In this document: positions 25,328 through 35,647 of the stretch, in pieces
How the letters are laid out: the number at the start of each line of letters is the position of its first letter
How positions within the stretch are numbered: position 1 is the first letter of the stretch
Origin: Defluviitaleaceae bacterium
GTDB lineage: Bacteria > Bacillota > Clostridia > Lachnospirales > WRAX01
Direction: 5' to 3'
NCBI GenBank assembly: GCA_009785555.1
Contig: WQWB01000003.1
Span: forward strand, 2,280 to 66,279
DNA length: 64,000 nt
The notes under the pieces: model-generated
The model's input: the letters and a program-made list of their open reading frames with translations, nothing else
The model's database searches: none
What the model was told of the DNA's origin: nothing
Made by a program: the position numbers and the translations under genes

Positions 25328-27955
25328 ATGAAAAAGTATGTCTACACCTTCGCAGAAGGCAACCTCAGTATGCGTAACCTTCTTGGCGGCAAAGGCGTTA
25401 ACCTTTGCGATATGATCAACCTCGGCGTACCCGTCCCCCCCGGCTTTATCGTTTCTACGGAAACATGCGCCGACTATAACGCCGGCGGCAAAGCCTTAAG
25501 CGCCGACATGAAAGCGCAGATCGACAAATGCATGACCGTAGTTGAAGGGCAAATCGGCAAAAAGTTCGGCGACGAAGCAAACCCGCTTCTGGTCAGCGTT
25601 CGCTCCGGCGCGCGCGTATCCCTACCTGGCATGATGGACACGGTGCTTAACCTCGGGCTTAATGATGTTTCGGTTGAAGCCTTAGCCAAACTTACGAACA
25701 ACCCACGCTTCGCCTACGATTCGTACCGCCGCTTTATCATGATGTTCGCCGACGTCGTTACCGGCGTGGACAAGCATTCCTTTGAGCATACACTTGAAGA
25801 GTTCAAAGTTAGCAAGGGTTATGTAAACGATACGGATCTTACTGCGGACGATTGGAAAGCTGTTTGCGAAATCTTCAAAGATATCTACAAAAAAGACCAA
25901 GGCGCGAGCTTCCCGCAAGACGCTAAGGAACAGCTATACGCAGCCGTAGGTGCGGTATTCAGATCCTGGGAAAACGAGAGAGCCATCTACTACCGCAAAA
26001 TGAACGATATCCCGCATGAATGGGGTACGGCCGTTATCGTGCAATCCATGGTTTTCGGCAATATGGACGAAAACTCCGGTTCGGGCGTTATTTTCTCACG
26101 CAATGCCTCTACAGGCGAAAACAAAATCAACGGCGACTTTTTGATGAACGCGCAAGGCGAAGATGTTGTGGCCGGCATTCGCACACCGGAGCAGCTTGAC
26201 AAACTTGCAACATTAAAACCGGAAATATATACCAAACTTGTGGATATCAACAATATGCTTGAAAAGCATTACAGAGATATGCAGGATATGGAAATTACAA
26301 TTGAGCAGGACAAGCTGTATTTCCTTCAAACAAGATCCGGTAAACGCACGGCGCAATCCGCAGTTAAAATTGCCGTAGACATGGTAAACGAAGGCATGTG
26401 GTCTAAAGAGGACGCACTTGTAAATGTACCCGCGGCCGATATTGTACAATTGCTTCTTCCAACCTTTGACCCGGATGAATTAAAAACAGTAAAGCAAATC
26501 GGCAAAGGGCTTAACGCTTCGCCCGGCGCAGCATGTGGTAAAGTCGTTTTTAATACAGCAGAAGCAAAGGAAGCCGTCGCAAAAGGCGACAAAGTCATCC
26601 TCGTACGCCAAATGACAACAGCTGATGACCTTGAAGGTATGCACCTCTCTCAAGGTATCCTTACGGCAAAGGGTGGTATGCTTAGCCACGCCGCCGTTGT
26701 GGCCAAAGGTATGGGGCGCTGCTGTGTTTGCGGTTGTGAACAAATCAAGTTCAATGAAGAAGCCGGTTATTTCGAGCTTGGCGGCGTAAAAATCAAACGC
26801 GGCGACGTTATCTCTCTTGACGGTACAACAGGTATGATCTACGACAAGGAAATCAAAACTGTTGCTCCAAATCCATTTGAAAATAAAGACTTCGCAACGC
26901 TTATGACCTGGGCGGACGAAGTACGCACATTGACAGTTCGCACAAACGCAGACGCACCTAAGGACGCGCTTAAAGCCCTCGAGTTCGGCGCACAGGGCAT
27001 CGGTCTCACACGTACGGAGCATATGTTCTTCGAGCCGGACAGAATCCCCAAAATGCGTAGCATGATCCTCGCTGACAGCGAAGAGGAGCGCCGCGCCGCG
27101 TTAAACGAGCTTCTCCCATTCCAAAGAGCCGACTTCAAAGGCATTTTTGAAGCTATGAAGGAACTTCCGGTTACCATCCGCCTCCTTGATCCACCGCTCC
27201 ATGAGTTTATGCCGGAAAATGAAAATGATTTTAATGCAGTTGCCAAACTTACAGGCAAACCTGTAGATGAAATTAAGAAAAAAGCGGCCGCTTTACATGA
27301 AGAAAACCCAATGATGGGCCACCGCGGCTGCCGTCTCGCCGTCTCCTACCCAGAAATAGCGGAAATGCAGACACGCGCTATCATCGAAGCCGCTATCGCT
27401 GTTAAAAAAGAAAAGGGCTATAACATCATACCGGAAATTATGATTCCGCTGATTGTTGAAATCAAGGAGCTTCGTTTCGTAAAAGATATTATCGACAAAA
27501 CCGCAAAGGCTTTAATTGCGGAATCCGGTATTTCTCTTGACTACATGGTCGGCACAATGATAGAGATCCCACGCGCCTGCCTCACGTCCGACGATATCGC
27601 AAAGGACGCAGAGTTCTTCTCATTCGGCACGAACGACCTTACACAGATGACATACGGTCTCTCACGCGATGATGCTGGTAAAATCCTTGAGGACTACCAA
27701 GAACGCGGCATATTCGCGAACGACCCAACCGCAAAGCTTGACAGAACCGGCGTTGGCCAGCTTATGAAGATGTCTGTAGACAAAGGCCGTACAACGCGCC
27801 CCACAATCAAACTCGGCATCTGCGGTGAGCACGGCGGCGAACCGTCGTCTGTGGAATTCTGCCATATGATTGGGTTGGACTATGTCTCATGCTCACCCTA
27901 CCGCGTACCGATCGCCAGATTAGCAGCTGCTCAAGCGGCGATAAGAAATAAATAG
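25328..27955 (+). CDS. ppdK: pyruvate, phosphate dikinase
   Basis: 875 aa. ATP-grasp N-terminus, phosphohistidine region ...GGMLSHAAVVAKGMG..., PEP/pyruvate TIM-barrel ...FFSFGTNDLTQMT... Confidence 0.95.
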   Translation: MKKYVYTFAEGNLSMRNLLGGKGVNLCDMINLGVPVPPGFIVSTETCADYNAGGKALSADMKAQIDKCMTVVEGQIGKKFGDEANPLLVSVRSGARVSLPGMMDTVLNLGLNDVSVEALAKLTNNPRFAYDSYRRFIMMFADVVTGVDKHSFEHTLEEFKVSKGYVNDTDLTADDWKAVCEIFKDIYKKDQGASFPQDAKEQLYAAVGAVFRSWENERAIYYRKMNDIPHEWGTAVIVQSMVFGNMDENSGSGVIFSRNASTGENKINGDFLMNAQGEDVVAGIRTPEQLDKLATLKPEIYTKLVDINNMLEKHYRDMQDMEITIEQDKLYFLQTRSGKRTAQSAVKIAVDMVNEGMWSKEDALVNVPAADIVQLLLPTFDPDELKTVKQIGKGLNASPGAACGKVVFNTAEAKEAVAKGDKVILVRQMTTADDLEGMHLSQGILTAKGGMLSHAAVVAKGMGRCCVCGCEQIKFNEEAGYFELGGVKIKRGDVISLDGTTGMIYDKEIKTVAPNPFENKDFATLMTWADEVRTLTVRTNADAPKDALKALEFGAQGIGLTRTEHMFFEPDRIPKMRSMILADSEEERRAALNELLPFQRADFKGIFEAMKELPVTIRLLDPPLHEFMPENENDFNAVAKLTGKPVDEIKKKAAALHEENPMMGHRGCRLAVSYPEIAEMQTRAIIEAAIAVKKEKGYNIIPEIMIPLIVEIKELRFVKDIIDKTAKALIAESGISLDYMVGTMIEIPRACLTSDDIAKDAEFFSFGTNDLTQMTYGLSRDDAGKILEDYQERGIFANDPTAKLDRTGVGQLMKMSVDKGRTTRPTIKLGICGEHGGEPSSVEFCHMIGLDYVSCSPYRVPIARLAAAQAAIRNK

Positions 27956-27956
27956 A

Positions 27957-28052
27957 GCGCACCGCTCGAGCGTCATTGCGGACTAGTGGGAGTTAGTCAC
28001 TGCGTACGCTTCACCACGCAGTGGTTTACTTCCACTTGATCCGCAATCTCTT
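27957..28052. repeat. family 3 long imperfect hairpin element
   Basis: GCGCACCGCTC.A.CGTCATTGCGGACTAGTGGGAGTTA...TACTTCCACTTGATCCGCAATCTCTT. ATTGCGGA (27975-27982) pairs with TCCGCAAT (28040-28047), with nested inner stems. Termini shared with 61837..62066. Confidence 0.7.
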
Positions 28053-28063
28053 ATATTGAGGTT

Positions 28064-28654
28064 ATGATGTCACAAAAACCCTATATTATAGGTATATCAG
28101 GCGGCAGCGCAAGCGGCAAAACCACCTTCGCGGGTAAAGTTGCCAACGCACTAGCCGCCGGCTGCGGTGAAGAAAAAGTCGCTATTTTCCATATGGATAG
28201 CTATTTTAAGCCAAGGGAAGAGCGTCCTTTCGTTTCCGCGCCCGTTACGGGCAAAATGTATGTAGATGATAACCACCCGCTTACGGCGGATTTACCCAAA
28301 CTTATACGGGATTTACACGTATCTATAAGTAGCGCGGAATACCTTTATATTATCGTTGAGGGCTTACTCGTACTGTATGATAAAGAAATCTACGATATGC
28401 TCGACTTAAAGCTCTTTGTTGACTGCCAGGCGGATGAACGCATCGTACGCCGCCTGCGCCGCAACATGGCGGAACGCGGCCTCAACTTTGACGAAATCGC
28501 CGAGGTTTACCTTGACATGGTACGTTATAGACACGATGAATATGTTGAAAATACCAAGTGGAAAGCGGATTTAATTATTAACGGCTCCAACTTTTCCAGT
28601 ACGGGGTTTGATGCTGTACTTAGGCTTATTTCTTCTAATTTGTCGGAAGGCTAA
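28064..28654 (+). CDS. uridine kinase/phosphoribulokinase-family kinase
   Basis: P-loop ...IIGISGGSASGKTT... Size and layout of Udk-like kinases. Confidence 0.7.
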   Translation: MMSQKPYIIGISGGSASGKTTFAGKVANALAAGCGEEKVAIFHMDSYFKPREERPFVSAPVTGKMYVDDNHPLTADLPKLIRDLHVSISSAEYLYIIVEGLLVLYDKEIYDMLDLKLFVDCQADERIVRRLRRNMAERGLNFDEIAEVYLDMVRYRHDEYVENTKWKADLIINGSNFSSTGFDAVLRLISSNLSEG

Positions 28655-28884
28655 TTAATATGCATTATAAATTATTTTGTTTTGTCCAAAGGCTTTCAAA
28701 GCCGCACATTTCCACAAGATGCAGTTAATCGTCTACACGAAGAACATTTCCGTCGCGATAAGCATAACTTTGCATCCCATTAATACGAAAAAGTTTCAAC
28801 ATCCCGTGCGAAAGACTTGGATTAACCATGGCACTAGCCGCCCGTTGCGGCAGGGTAATATATTAAATATTTGGACGATGATGA

Positions 28885-30105
28885 ATGATTGATTGGTTTA
28901 TAATGCCCGTTGCGGGCGCACTTATTGGTTATGGCACAAATTGGATAGCCATAAAAATGCTTTTTCGCCCCCTGCGGGAGAAAAGGCTTTTTGGCAGGCG
29001 CGTTCCATTTACGCCTGGCCTTATTTCGAAAGAAAAGCCCCGCCTAGCGCGCAGTATCGGCAATTCCTTTGCCTCAAACGTCCTAACGGAAGGCGAGCTT
29101 ACGAAGGCCGTCACATCCCCAGCCGTAATGGATAAATTTACGGCTCTTTTGGATAGGACTTTAACTGACCTTAAGCTAGGAAAGTTTGACGGTAAGATAG
29201 AAGAATTTTGCGAAGAAGCCGCCCGCCGGCTGATAGCCGCACTTAACGACGCATCAAGCCCCATTAATTCTGCGCTTTCTTCGCTTGGAGAAAGAATAAA
29301 AGATGCCGGGCTTTTAAACCGTTTACTTGAATCATTACGGGAAAATAACAACCTACTTTCAGACTACGCGCCGGATTTTTTTGCCGAACGCGCGATGGCC
29401 TGGTTTGCCGCAAAAATCCCTGTTTTTGCAGGTTCATTAAAAGATTTACCGGAAAAATACCCAGATATAGACGAAGCCATAAATAAACTTGTAAAAAAAA
29501 TTGCTGAGGATAATCTTGGCCCGTTCCTAGGTATGTTCGTTAAAACTGACCAAATTTACGAAAAATTTAAAACCAGCGCGTTTAATTGGCTTTTGGATCC
29601 AGCAAACACGCAATTTTTGGCATACAAAATTTCCGCCTTTGCGGACACACAATTACGCAAAGAAGTTGGAGAAATTATTAACCAAATACCGGAAGATACA
29701 TTGGACGGTATTATAAATAAAATTAACGAAAAAGCCGGCGAATTCAGTCTTTCTGGGTTACTTCACCGTATCGTCCCCAATCCGGAAAAGACATTTAAAA
29801 GCATTCTATCAAACATCCTCCACGCCCTTACCGATGGGCTTAATGACGAAAATTCAGGCAAGTTCCGCAACTTCTTATTAAACGCACTACAAGCGTTGGC
29901 GGCAAAGGGTGGCTCATTCATCGTTTCCGCCATTAAATTTGATGAACTTATTGAAAACAAGATAAACGCTTCCACACCTGAGGATACTGAAAAAATGGTA
30001 ACAAGCGTCGTCAGCCGTGAGTTGCGTATGATAACGGCACTAGGTGGCATTTTGGGCTTTTTTATCGGCTTTACGCCCCTCATTATACAATCTATAACGG
30101 GATAA
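28885..30105 (+). CDS. DUF445-family membrane-associated protein
   Basis: N-terminal ...GALIGYGTNWIAIKMLFRPLREKRLFG...PFTPGLISKEKPRLA... and C-terminal TM. Typical DUF445/YheB pattern. Confidence 0.6.
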   Translation: MIDWFIMPVAGALIGYGTNWIAIKMLFRPLREKRLFGRRVPFTPGLISKEKPRLARSIGNSFASNVLTEGELTKAVTSPAVMDKFTALLDRTLTDLKLGKFDGKIEEFCEEAARRLIAALNDASSPINSALSSLGERIKDAGLLNRLLESLRENNNLLSDYAPDFFAERAMAWFAAKIPVFAGSLKDLPEKYPDIDEAINKLVKKIAEDNLGPFLGMFVKTDQIYEKFKTSAFNWLLDPANTQFLAYKISAFADTQLRKEVGEIINQIPEDTLDGIINKINEKAGEFSLSGLLHRIVPNPEKTFKSILSNILHALTDGLNDENSGKFRNFLLNALQALAAKGGSFIVSAIKFDELIENKINASTPEDTEKMVTSVVSRELRMITALGGILGFFIGFTPLIIQSITG

Positions 30106-30524
30106 TGAAGACATTTATATCACATAACGAAAAAGATACGGAAAAAATTGGTGAAGAGCTGGGCAGAATTTGTAACCCCGGTGATGTTTTTTGTTTGGAT
30201 GGAAACTTAGGTGCGGGCAAAACCGTATTCGCACGAGGCTTTGCGCGTGGCCTTAACTATGACGGGCGCGTAACCAGCCCTACTTTTTGCATCGTGAACA
30301 CCTATGAATCTACGGAAATGCGCCTACCCCTCCACCACTTTGACGCATACCGCCTCGATGCCCGAGAAATGCAGGACATCGGTTTTGACGAATACCTCTA
30401 CGCCGGCGGTGTCTGCTTAATTGAATGGGGAGAAAAAATTTCCGAACTTTTGATAGATATACCCGTAACATTCGTTAAAATAATAATAGAGGGAGATACG
30501 CGAATTGTACGTATTATCAATTGA
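30105..30524 (+). CDS. tsaE: tRNA t6A biosynthesis ATPase TsaE
   Basis: ...LDGNLGAGKTVFARGF...SPTF...HFDAYRL... hallmark TsaE motifs. Confidence 0.85.
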   Translation: MKTFISHNEKDTEKIGEELGRICNPGDVFCLDGNLGAGKTVFARGFARGLNYDGRVTSPTFCIVNTYESTEMRLPLHHFDAYRLDAREMQDIGFDEYLYAGGVCLIEWGEKISELLIDIPVTFVKIIIEGDTRIVRIIN

Positions 30525-31221
30525 TTCATCAGGGCTTACGGCCTCCGCGGCAATTATCTTCTTTGACGCCAACGGCGAAAAGGTTATTGCAGAAACAACC
30601 CTTAACGCGGGCTATACACATTCAACCACACTTATGCCGCTTATTGACGGCATTTTGCGTATTTCCGGCACTTCTCTCAGCAATATTGATTATATAGCCT
30701 GCGCATCCGGCCCCGGCTCTTTTACCGGCCTACGTATCGGCGCGGCCACAGCAATGGGCCTTGCCTCATCAATTAATATAAAAATGGTAAATGTTTCGGC
30801 ATTAGATGCTTTGGCATACAATGTAATAAATCATAGCAACAATGAAGCTACGCAAATAGTCGTGCCCATCATGGATGCGCGACGCGGCGAGGTTTACTCC
30901 GCCATATACAAAAACACACTTAAATTAACACGCGTTACGGATTATCTTGCGGATAAAATTGAAAATATTATTAATATTGCAACAAGTATAAGACAAAAAT
31001 TAGATGAAAACATTATTTTTACAGGCGACGGCGTTACCGTTCACCGCGAGCTGTTAGAGGCGCACGGCTTGGGTATCGCCACCCAGGTTTCGCTTCTGCA
31101 GCGCGCCGCAAGTGTTGGCATACTTGCGGTTGAAAAAATTAGGAATGACGAAACAATATCACCTGGAGAATTTAAGATAGAATACATCCGAGTTCCGCAA
31201 GCGGAACGGGAATTAAAATAA
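30505..31221 (+). CDS. tsaB: tRNA t6A biosynthesis protein TsaB
   Basis: ...LSIDSSG... and ...ASGPGSFTGLRIGAATAMGL... TTG start overlapping the tsaE 3' end. Confidence 0.85.
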   Translation: MYVLSIDSSGLTASAAIIFFDANGEKVIAETTLNAGYTHSTTLMPLIDGILRISGTSLSNIDYIACASGPGSFTGLRIGAATAMGLASSINIKMVNVSALDALAYNVINHSNNEATQIVVPIMDARRGEVYSAIYKNTLKLTRVTDYLADKIENIINIATSIRQKLDENIIFTGDGVTVHRELLEAHGLGIATQVSLLQRAASVGILAVEKIRNDETISPGEFKIEYIRVPQAERELK

Positions 31222-31286
31222 GCACTCGGCTTCTAATAGTAATCATTAACCAAACATAGCCGGCAGTTTGCTCGAAAGGACGAAAT

Positions 31287-31733
31287 ATGCTTGAAATAAT
31301 CCCCATGTCACACGCTCACTTGGATGCCGTCTGTTCTATCGAAAACGAATGCTTTACAATCCCGTGGTCACGCCAATCGTTTGTGGATGATTTAGCTAAG
31401 GATAATTCTTCATATTTTGTTGCTGTTATAAACGGTGAAGTTGCAGGTTATGCGGGTATGTGGCATATCGTAAACGAAGGGCATATCACAAACGTCGCTG
31501 TGCGCCCCATCTATCAAAACATGGGTATCGGCAACGCTTTATTGTGCAAAATTATAGATACTGCAAAAACTCTAGAAATGGTTGGAATATTGTTAGAAGT
31601 ACGCACCGGCAACTACGCCGCACAGAAGTTATACGCAAAAAACGGATTTATCCTGGAACGCATACGCAAAAACTACTACGCCGAAACAGGCGAGGACGCA
31701 TTGATAATGTGGAAGGAATTAAATAATGGTTGA
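31287..31733 (+). CDS. rimI: ribosomal-protein-alanine N-acetyltransferase RimI
   Basis: GNAT core ...VAGYAGMWHIVNEGHITNVAVRPIYQNMGIGNALL... In the canonical tsaE-tsaB-rimI position. Confidence 0.8.
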   Translation: MLEIIPMSHAHLDAVCSIENECFTIPWSRQSFVDDLAKDNSSYFVAVINGEVAGYAGMWHIVNEGHITNVAVRPIYQNMGIGNALLCKIIDTAKTLEMVGILLEVRTGNYAAQKLYAKNGFILERIRKNYYAETGEDALIMWKELNNG

Positions 31734-34158
31734 ACTTAAATATACTGAACTAAAGAAAAAATGCAGCAAAAAACACTTGCCAATATCAAAGGTTACGGCC
31801 AAAACCACGGAAACAGATGCCGTTAAGAACCGGCTTATAGGCCAAGAGGTTGCAGCTGACGCATTAAAGCTTGGCCTCTCGATAAAAAGCAAAGGGTTTA
31901 ACGTTTATATCTCCGGCCAGCACGGGTCCGGGCGCACGTCCCACGCCACCGCGTTTGCACAGGATATGGCAAAATCTATGCCCGCGCCGCCGGATTTATG
32001 CTATGTGCACAATTTTAAAAGTTCGCGCCATCCACGTCTTTTGACGCTTCCAAGCGGCACAGGATTAAGGCTTCAAGAAGATATGAACAGATTCATTGGC
32101 GAATGGATAGACGGTTTGCAAAAAGAATTTTCGTCCAAGGAGTTTGAAGCTGCCAAACATGAAATCGTCAAAATCTATATAGATAAACGCGAAGAGATCG
32201 TTAAAGAAATTAGCGATGAAGCAAAGGAACAAGGCTATGGCATGAAACTAAACGGCGCAAGCCTTTATTTTATGCCAATTATCGACGGCGAGATGCTGTC
32301 AGAGGAGCAGTACGACGCGTTGTCTTTAGAAGAACGCGACGAAATAAGCAAAAAGACCGAACTTATCCGTGAAAAGGCACGCGATGTAATGGGTACTATC
32401 CGTGACTACGGACGCTCTACCCAAACAGATGTTGAAGAGCTTGAAAAAAATCGCGCCGAAGTTATAATAAACGGGCTATTAACACCACTATACGATAAAT
32501 ATGCTAAAGAACCCGCCATTAAAGCCTTTCTAGATGATGTAAAAGAGGACGCGCTGGGCAATGTGTCCGACCATACGCAGAACGACAACGAGGACGACGA
32601 ATATATGCGCGCGTACATGCCCATTATGGCAATGCTTGGTATGCGCGAAAAGACGGAGAATTACAACAAATACCGTGTAAACTGCCTTACGGAGCAACAC
32701 GGAGGGTACGCACCTGTTATCGTTGAGTACAACCCGTCCTACGCAAGCCTCGTTGGCGAAATTGAATACGACAGTGAAAACGGAAGCCTAACAACTGATT
32801 TTATGATGATAAAGCCAGGCTTTTTACACAAAGCCAATGGCGGTTTCCTCATCCTCCAAGTTGGAGATTTATTAAAATCCGCCTCATCATGGGATGCGTT
32901 GACGAAATGCCTTCTCACCGGCAAGCACATGATAGAGCCAAACCGCGAATACCAAAGCGGTGTGGCGATGAGCGGCCTGCGCCCAGAAGCATGCGATATC
33001 GACGTAAAAGTTATCCTCGTCGGTTCATCTTACTATTTCCATTTGTTGAATGAATATGACGACGATTTTAGCAAGCTGTTTAAAATACACTCCGTCTTTG
33101 ATTACGAAATGCCATATTCTGCAGAAAATATACGCGCTACGGCTACGTTTATCCAATCAGCCTGCAGTAAGCGCGATGTAGACATTGAGTCGGACGCTGT
33201 TCAAATCCTTATAGAGCACCTAAGCCGCGACGCGGAACGGCAGGATAAGTTAAGCACACGCCTTAGCCTGCTTACAGCCATCATTACGGAATCCGTCGTA
33301 TACGCAAAAGAAGTCAAAATAATCACCGCCGATAGCGTACGGCTCGCCATTCATAACAAAGAGAAACGCGCATCGCTGTATGAGGAAAAGATCAGCGAAA
33401 TGATATCAAATGACCTTATAATGATAGATACCGACGGCGAAAAGACCGCGCAAATCAACGGCCTGGCCGTATACGACATGAGCGAGCACGCCTTCGCAAA
33501 ACCGTCGCGCATCACTGCCACAACGTACGTCGGCAAGTCCGGCATCGTAAATATCGAAAAGGAAGCGGAAATGAGCGGCTCCATCCACTCTAAGGGTGTG
33601 CAAGTTATCATCGGCTACCTGGGGCAGAAGTACGCACAAAACTTCCCGCTTTCGCTTTCCTGCCGCGTATGCTTTGAGCAGAGTTACGCCTCCATTGACG
33701 GTGATTCGGCTTCGGCTGCGGAGCTTTTAACGATCTTATCAAGCCTCGCCGACGCACCCATCCGCCAAGACTTAGCCATAACAGGCAGCATGAACCAACG
33801 TGGTGAGATCCAAGCCATCGGCGGCGTTACGTACAAAATCGAAGGATTCTTCGCCTTGTGCAACCAACGCGGGCTCACGGGTAGGCAGGGAGTTATTATA
33901 CCTTATGTGAACAAGAACGACCTAACCCTTAAAAACGAAGTCATTGAGGCGGTAAAGGCCGGCAAATTCCACATCTACGCGGTAAAGCATATAGACGAGG
34001 CCATAGAGCTTGTTACGGGCATACCAGCCGGTACGCGCATCGGGCGCGACGGCGAGGCGGCAAGCACAAAGGACGAGGGTAAATACCCTGCAAACACTAT
34101 ACACGGCATGGTATACCGCAAGCTTAAGAAATTTTACCGCCGCGCAATTGGCGAATGA
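31726..34158 (+). CDS. Lon-like protease (AAA-like N-terminal domain + S16 protease domain)
   Basis: P-loop-like ...ISGQHGSGRTSHA... (Arg where canonical Walker A has Lys). C-terminal ...IDGDSASAAELLTILSSL... and ...GGVTYKIEGFF... (Ser-Lys dyad region of Lon proteases). Confidence 0.8.
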   Translation: MVELKYTELKKKCSKKHLPISKVTAKTTETDAVKNRLIGQEVAADALKLGLSIKSKGFNVYISGQHGSGRTSHATAFAQDMAKSMPAPPDLCYVHNFKSSRHPRLLTLPSGTGLRLQEDMNRFIGEWIDGLQKEFSSKEFEAAKHEIVKIYIDKREEIVKEISDEAKEQGYGMKLNGASLYFMPIIDGEMLSEEQYDALSLEERDEISKKTELIREKARDVMGTIRDYGRSTQTDVEELEKNRAEVIINGLLTPLYDKYAKEPAIKAFLDDVKEDALGNVSDHTQNDNEDDEYMRAYMPIMAMLGMREKTENYNKYRVNCLTEQHGGYAPVIVEYNPSYASLVGEIEYDSENGSLTTDFMMIKPGFLHKANGGFLILQVGDLLKSASSWDALTKCLLTGKHMIEPNREYQSGVAMSGLRPEACDIDVKVILVGSSYYFHLLNEYDDDFSKLFKIHSVFDYEMPYSAENIRATATFIQSACSKRDVDIESDAVQILIEHLSRDAERQDKLSTRLSLLTAIITESVVYAKEVKIITADSVRLAIHNKEKRASLYEEKISEMISNDLIMIDTDGEKTAQINGLAVYDMSEHAFAKPSRITATTYVGKSGIVNIEKEAEMSGSIHSKGVQVIIGYLGQKYAQNFPLSLSCRVCFEQSYASIDGDSASAAELLTILSSLADAPIRQDLAITGSMNQRGEIQAIGGVTYKIEGFFALCNQRGLTGRQGVIIPYVNKNDLTLKNEVIEAVKAGKFHIYAVKHIDEAIELVTGIPAGTRIGRDGEAASTKDEGKYPANTIHGMVYRKLKKFYRRAIGE

Positions 34159-34165
34159 TTACAAA

Positions 34166-34207
34166 ACAAAAACACCTTGCAGATGAATTATTGCAAGGTG
34201 TTTTTGT
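34166..34207. terminator. bidirectional intrinsic terminator
   Basis: AACACCTTGCA (34171-34181) pairs with TGCAAGGTGTT (34192-34202). Flanked by an A-run and a T-run, between convergent genes. Confidence 0.7.
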
Positions 34208-34224
34208 AAACTTATAATATCAAA

Positions 34225-35055
34225 CTATTGCCGCGTCTGCGCGAAAGCGGTAAACGCCTCAATAAATGCATCAAAATTCAAACCGAGGATAAAATCCACG
34301 ATAGTATCAGCCGTAAACGGTTGTGAGTTGGCTCCATACAATCCGATACGGGACAGGCCAAATACTGCCCTCTCTATCATAAAGTACAGTTCGATATCAT
34401 CGTTTACGAAAAGGATTTCACGCACTACATCGTCGCCGAGAATACCGGAACTTGCCTGGCGGTGATGAACCGTGTAGAATCCTTCAAGCCCTTCAATCGG
34501 TACGGTTCTGTGCATACGCCTGTGCATAGCCGTATTGTCCGCCCAAAGCGAAAACACCAAATCAAACGGCACGTTATCAGTTGCAAAAACAAATCTATCC
34601 GTTGGGACTTCCGGTAAATTATTATTCCAATAGAAAACAGGTATCATACTAACAAGACGTTCATTCATTTGGCATGGGGTACGAAGTTGCACAACCCGTA
34701 AAGTATAATCCCCAATTACCCGGATAATTTCCAGTTCAGGCATGTAATCGATAACTTCACCAACACCGAAATAAGAGCGGAACGGTATTAATGCCGGAAA
34801 AAACGAAAAAAACTCCTCATGCGGATTAACGTCCTCACCGGCCATCAAGCGATACATCATCGGCCTGAAATGAAAATGCATCAACGCCGTAATCAAAGAA
34901 CTATTGTTTTCAATATCATACATTGCCATGTATTCAATAGGATGATAGTGTTCAATGCCAAATGGCCGCATTCCGGATGTGTGCGCATTTATGCTCATTG
35001 GTACTGAAATAATGAAAATAACTGCCATAAGGCAAGCTATTATCTTCTTAATCAT
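34225..35055 (-). CDS. hypothetical secreted protein (276 aa)
   Basis: AAGGAG RBS. Signal peptide ...IISVPMSINA. No family recognised. Immediately downstream of the Cys-rich small protein gene. Confidence 0.5.
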   Translation of the reverse strand: MIKKIIACLMAVIFIISVPMSINAHTSGMRPFGIEHYHPIEYMAMYDIENNSSLITALMHFHFRPMMYRLMAGEDVNPHEEFFSFFPALIPFRSYFGVGEVIDYMPELEIIRVIGDYTLRVVQLRTPCQMNERLVSMIPVFYWNNNLPEVPTDRFVFATDNVPFDLVFSLWADNTAMHRRMHRTVPIEGLEGFYTVHHRQASSGILGDDVVREILFVNDDIELYFMIERAVFGLSRIGLYGANSQPFTADTIVDFILGLNFDAFIEAFTAFAQTRQ

Positions 35056-35108
35056 AATTTACACTCCTTTAAAATTATTAAATCACATAAACATTATTAT
35101 GTATTAAA

Positions 35109-35447
35109 CTAATATTCTTCAGAAATATCTCTAGGCCAAACATTACAATCTATATTTGTACATCCGCATCTTGGGCAAATACCACTTCTACATCTAGGAC
35201 ATGCGAAATTTATCGGTTGGTTACACCTAACAAAACCACCGATTCCACTATAAATCCAATTACTGCACCAACCGCTAAAAGGAACTATACCATGTACACC
35301 ATCTGTGCAACAAAAATAATGTTCACATTCGTAAATTGCTTCCTGTACATTCCCCTCTCCACTTTCCGCCGATAAATACACGGCTACAGGCAACGCCATC
35401 AGCAGTACAATAATAAACGTCGCAATTTGCTTGTTCAACTTCTTCAT
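35109..35447 (-). CDS. small Cys-rich secreted protein (112 aa)
   Basis: Start moved to ATG 35447 (AGGAGA 9 nt upstream). Signal peptide ...ALPVAVYLSA. Mature part has 11 Cys, including CPRCRSGICPRCGC. Confidence 0.5.
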   Translation of the reverse strand: MKKLNKQIATFIIVLLMALPVAVYLSAESGEGNVQEAIYECEHYFCCTDGVHGIVPFSGWCSNWIYSGIGGFVRCNQPINFACPRCRSGICPRCGCTNIDCNVWPRDISEEY

Positions 35448-35647
35448 AATCATTTCTCCTTTCCCGATTTTGGGTGTTAAACAGTTATACAACTCATATC
35501 CATGCAAGCACAGTATTATGAGTTTCCAATGTAACCATACAATTATACATCATTTTATGATTTATGTCAAGAATATTATGCAATTAATATACACCAAAAT
35601 TTTACGTATGTTTTGCAAACTCTATCGTACATTTACTATAATAATTG

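Noticed and set aside
28677-28892. 71-aa + strand ORF, and a 34-codon minus-strand ORF (MVNPSLSHGMLKLFRINGMQSYAYRDGNVLRVDD), in the udk-like / DUF445 spacer
   Set aside because: No RBS and no recognisable family. The 71-aa ORF overlaps the DUF445 gene start. Insufficient evidence for either.
34160-34240. Possible dif/Xer site at the convergence of the long + block (20598-34158) and the long - block (34225-62906)
   Set aside because: Only an 8-mer (TGTAAACT) resembles the Bacillus dif XerD arm, and the remainder does not align. Gene orientation elsewhere in the window is mixed, so a terminus call is unsupported.
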